The translations under genes were made by a program, and so were the position numbers. Source: Myxococcota bacterium (GTDB lineage Bacteria; Myxococcota; XYA12-FULL-58-9; JABJBS01). Taken from it: a stretch of DNA of 64,000 nt. Under the pieces are notes generated by a model. The model did no database searches. It worked only from the letters and a program-made list of their open reading frames with translations, and was not told where the DNA came from. Location of the stretch: the NCBI GenBank assembly GCA_036339465.1, contig JAYZAY010000062.1, positions 32,001-96,000 of the forward strand, given 5' to 3'. Shown here piece after piece: positions 61,401-64,000 of the stretch (position 1 is the first letter of the stretch; the number at the start of each line of letters is the position of its first letter).

Positions 61401-64000
61401 ATGAGTGAGATCCTAGATAACCTAGTTCAGGGATTGGTAGGAGGAGAAGGAATTTCCGACCTTCTCACGAACACTGAAAAACATTTGAAGGCGATTGCAT
61501 CCCTAGAGCGATCTCCTGCAGCGATCAACCAAGAGATGAAAACTCAACTTGCGACTCAAGTTTTGAAGGATTTTCACTCTTTGCCGCTTCCAACTGAGAT
61601 CTTTACCTATTGGGTGGGGGTTTTGATCGATGCGGGCACTTTAGGCCCAAAACAAAGTTCATGTCTCGAAAATTGGGCGGAAGAAAAAGGTTACTTGGAA
61701 TTCGGAGTCATTATTCGAGAGCTTGCAATACGTGGGGAAAAAGAAAACACGAAGAAAAACACACTGCTGGCAAACTTGGGAAACTATTCGGTGGAGATGC
61801 TCAATGATCCGGTCTTTGCCCTGACCACGTTGGATAGAATTCAGCAGGATGGGGTTTTTGATTCAAATCTTCTAGAACTTCGATTTTCCCTGCTTGCGAC
61901 CCTCGGAAGATACAAAAAGATTAGTGAAACCCTGCTTGGGATGCATGAGCGGGGACAAGGGCCGGATTTGGTCACCAAGTGGTTGGTCAAGGTTTTGGAA
62001 AAGATTGCAGGCCAACCGAGATATTTTTCGATTGTTCGGAAACTGGAAAGGGGTTTTGCAACTGGTGAGCTACCCAGCGTTGAATTACCCACTGAACTGC
62101 AAAGTAAATTGGAATATGCGAAGGTTTCAGAGCGTGGCTGGAAAGAGCGGCTTTTGGAACTCTATGAAAAAGCAAATCGGGCCGAAAGTCACGACGCCTA
62201 TTCGGCCGGAAAATATTGGAGCCAGGTAGCGGAATTACAGTTTGCTTTCGGAAGAGATTTAGAGGCGGCGCTTACCACAATTCGTAAGGCGATTCGATTG
62301 GCACCTGAGTATGGAGCCGCAATTGAACTGACTTCGTCAATTTATGAAGCTTCAGGGCAGTACAGTGTTTTAGTTTCGCATTTAGAGGAGCTCTCTAGAG
62401 AATACGATTCAGAAGTCTCGAAAGCGGAGATTCTATGGCGTTGTTATGAAATCTTACTTATCGATCTAAAAAACGAAGCCGGTGCATACCGTCTCCTTCG
62501 TTCCTTAAATAAGGCAAACACCTCCCATCGAGCCTGTTCTTTACATCTAACCAGTTATTATCTGCGCCACGGCCAGATAGCTGAAGCGGCGACGTGTCTC
62601 GGCAATGTCTTGACAGCGGTTGTCGACGTCGAAACTCGGGAGGGTGCTTTTTTTGGGATCTGGGCCATATCAAGAAGTGAGGGTGTGGATTTTAGTGACT
62701 TCGCCGATGCACTGCCTAACTTGTTTAATGAAAATCCACAGTATGGTTATTTTGCTGCCCTAGAAGGGTTTTATCGAGATTCGCAAAATCACAAAGCATG
62801 GACGGAACTTCTTTTTGTTGGGCTTCAGCGTTTTGAAAGCCCGATTCAAAGAAAGTTGGTGGCGCTTAAATTGATGGCGGCCTGTGAGCGTCAAGGGGAG
62901 GATGCAGAACTCAAATATACTGCTTATCTAGCTCAGGTAGAAGAGGGGATTTCCACAGAAGATCTGGCCGCCTTCGTGAAGGTGGCTCTCGAGGTGGGTA
63001 AGGGGGAGAACTCGATTACGCGCCTATTGAAGGCGTTGCCAATTTGGAAAGACGAACTAGAGCAGAAACGCTTATTGACGGCGATTCTCGATATTAGCAT
63101 GGGTTCTGGTTTTGTCGCGGAGCCCTCTCGTCGGGCATGTGATCTGATGTTTGCTCTTGATGGGCATGCAGGGGAAGCCAAGGTTACCGATTATTATGTT
63201 ATGTGTGCTAAAGTAGAGAACGATTTTTCTTCATGGGCGAATCAGAAATTAGGGGAAGTGAAAACAGAGCCTCAGAAGCGTAGTCTTCTGAAGGCGCTAT
63301 TGACGATATCCAATCGAGAGGATGAGGAAAGCCATAAACAATTGCTCTTACGTTTGTTAAGGTCGGGCGGCGCATTCGAGGAAGCGTTGTTGCCTTTGCT
63401 TGAGCTTTCTGTCCGAATGGACCAATTGAACGACTTTGAGGGGTTGGTTGATGAGTCGGTTGAGCGAAACTATATCACTTGCTCAAATGAAGAGTTCTAT
63501 TTGAAAATCGCTCAAGGTCTAGAACGTCATGGAGCTTCCGAACAAATTATTCTCAAATATTGCGACCGAGCGGCCAACGTTGCTGGGGTGAATGCTGAAT
63601 TGGCGCTCTTGATGGAAGGCCTCAGTGAGTTGAAAAATAGATTGGACCTGGTGGAAAAGGTTTCAATCTATCTGAGAGACAATGATGAAGCCGAGCGAAT
63701 GATTCGATTGATTCGTGGCTCGATTTACTATCATGGGATTTCAACTTTTCCTCTTCAGTTGCTTGAACTCTTGGTTGAGGTGGAGTTGCAAAAAGAAGTT
63801 TATTCTATTGATACGGTCGAGTGGTTGGAAGAAAGGCTTGGAGGGAGTGATAATTTTGAACGTACGCTGAAATTTTTGATTGCTGAGGCCAAGGAGCGCC
63901 CCCTTGCACGGATTGTCCATGATAAACTTCGGAGTATTGCCGCAAAGCTGACGGACCCTAGGCAGATTTTTCTTTGCTTGGAGGAAGAGGTAACCGTTGC
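61401..64000 (+). CDS. Large TPR/alpha-solenoid protein, truncated by the window end (absent from the ORF track)
   Basis: ATG at 61401 (MSEILDNLVQG...); no stop seen where checked; TPR-like ALTTIRKAIRLAPEY. Confidence 0.7.
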   Translation, partial: MSEILDNLVQGLVGGEGISDLLTNTEKHLKAIASLERSPAAINQEMKTQLATQVLKDFHSLPLPTEIFTYWVGVLIDAGTLGPKQSSCLENWAEEKGYLEFGVIIRELAIRGEKENTKKNTLLANLGNYSVEMLNDPVFALTTLDRIQQDGVFDSNLLELRFSLLATLGRYKKISETLLGMHERGQGPDLVTKWLVKVLEKIAGQPRYFSIVRKLERGFATGELPSVELPTELQSKLEYAKVSERGWKERLLELYEKANRAESHDAYSAGKYWSQVAELQFAFGRDLEAALTTIRKAIRLAPEYGAAIELTSSIYEASGQYSVLVSHLEELSREYDSEVSKAEILWRCYEILLIDLKNEAGAYRLLRSLNKANTSHRACSLHLTSYYLRHGQIAEAATCLGNVLTAVVDVETREGAFFGIWAISRSEGVDFSDFADALPNLFNENPQYGYFAALEGFYRDSQNHKAWTELLFVGLQRFESPIQRKLVALKLMAACERQGEDAELKYTAYLAQVEEGISTEDLAAFVKVALEVGKGENSITRLLKALPIWKDELEQKRLLTAILDISMGSGFVAEPSRRACDLMFALDGHAGEAKVTDYYVMCAKVENDFSSWANQKLGEVKTEPQKRSLLKALLTISNREDEESHKQLLLRLLRSGGAFEEALLPLLELSVRMDQLNDFEGLVDESVERNYITCSNEEFYLKIAQGLERHGASEQIILKYCDRAANVAGVNAELALLMEGLSELKNRLDLVEKVSIYLRDNDEAERMIRLIRGSIYYHGISTFPLQLLELLVEVELQKEVYSIDTVEWLEERLGGSDNFERTLKFLIAEAKERPLARIVHDKLRSIAAKLTDPRQIFLCLEEEVTV

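Overview
A 64-kb chromosomal window, most likely from a Myxococcota/deltaproteobacterial-type bacterium (inferred from Glt-like motility genes, a Grx-IscA-rhodanese fusion and a Bdellovibrio/Leptospira-type histone). It is mostly housekeeping genes: peptide ABC transporter, gap, pyk, mtnBDC, cysD-cysNC, rpoD plus a second sigma-70, mutM, thrB, leuB-like, rapA and two ABC-F ATPases. I found no rRNA, tRNA, CRISPR array or intact mobile element. The most notable feature is a stand-alone bacterial histone-fold gene (17153-17437) with a 14-lysine, KKAAP-repeat N-terminal tail. A Zn-dependent HDAC-family deacetylase lies about 2.2 kb away, and an unannotated, hairpin-rich ~320-nt candidate ncRNA lies between them. 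Other points of interest: a GAPDH paralog lacking the catalytic Cys and translationally coupled to an intact gap; a SplB-like radical SAM operon with nucleosidase, SDR and GT2 genes; rapA split by a single in-frame TGA; several apparent pseudoenzyme domains; and decayed genes (trmB, bcp, panD) missed or fragmented by the ORF track. All assignments come from manual motif recognition; no database searches were run.
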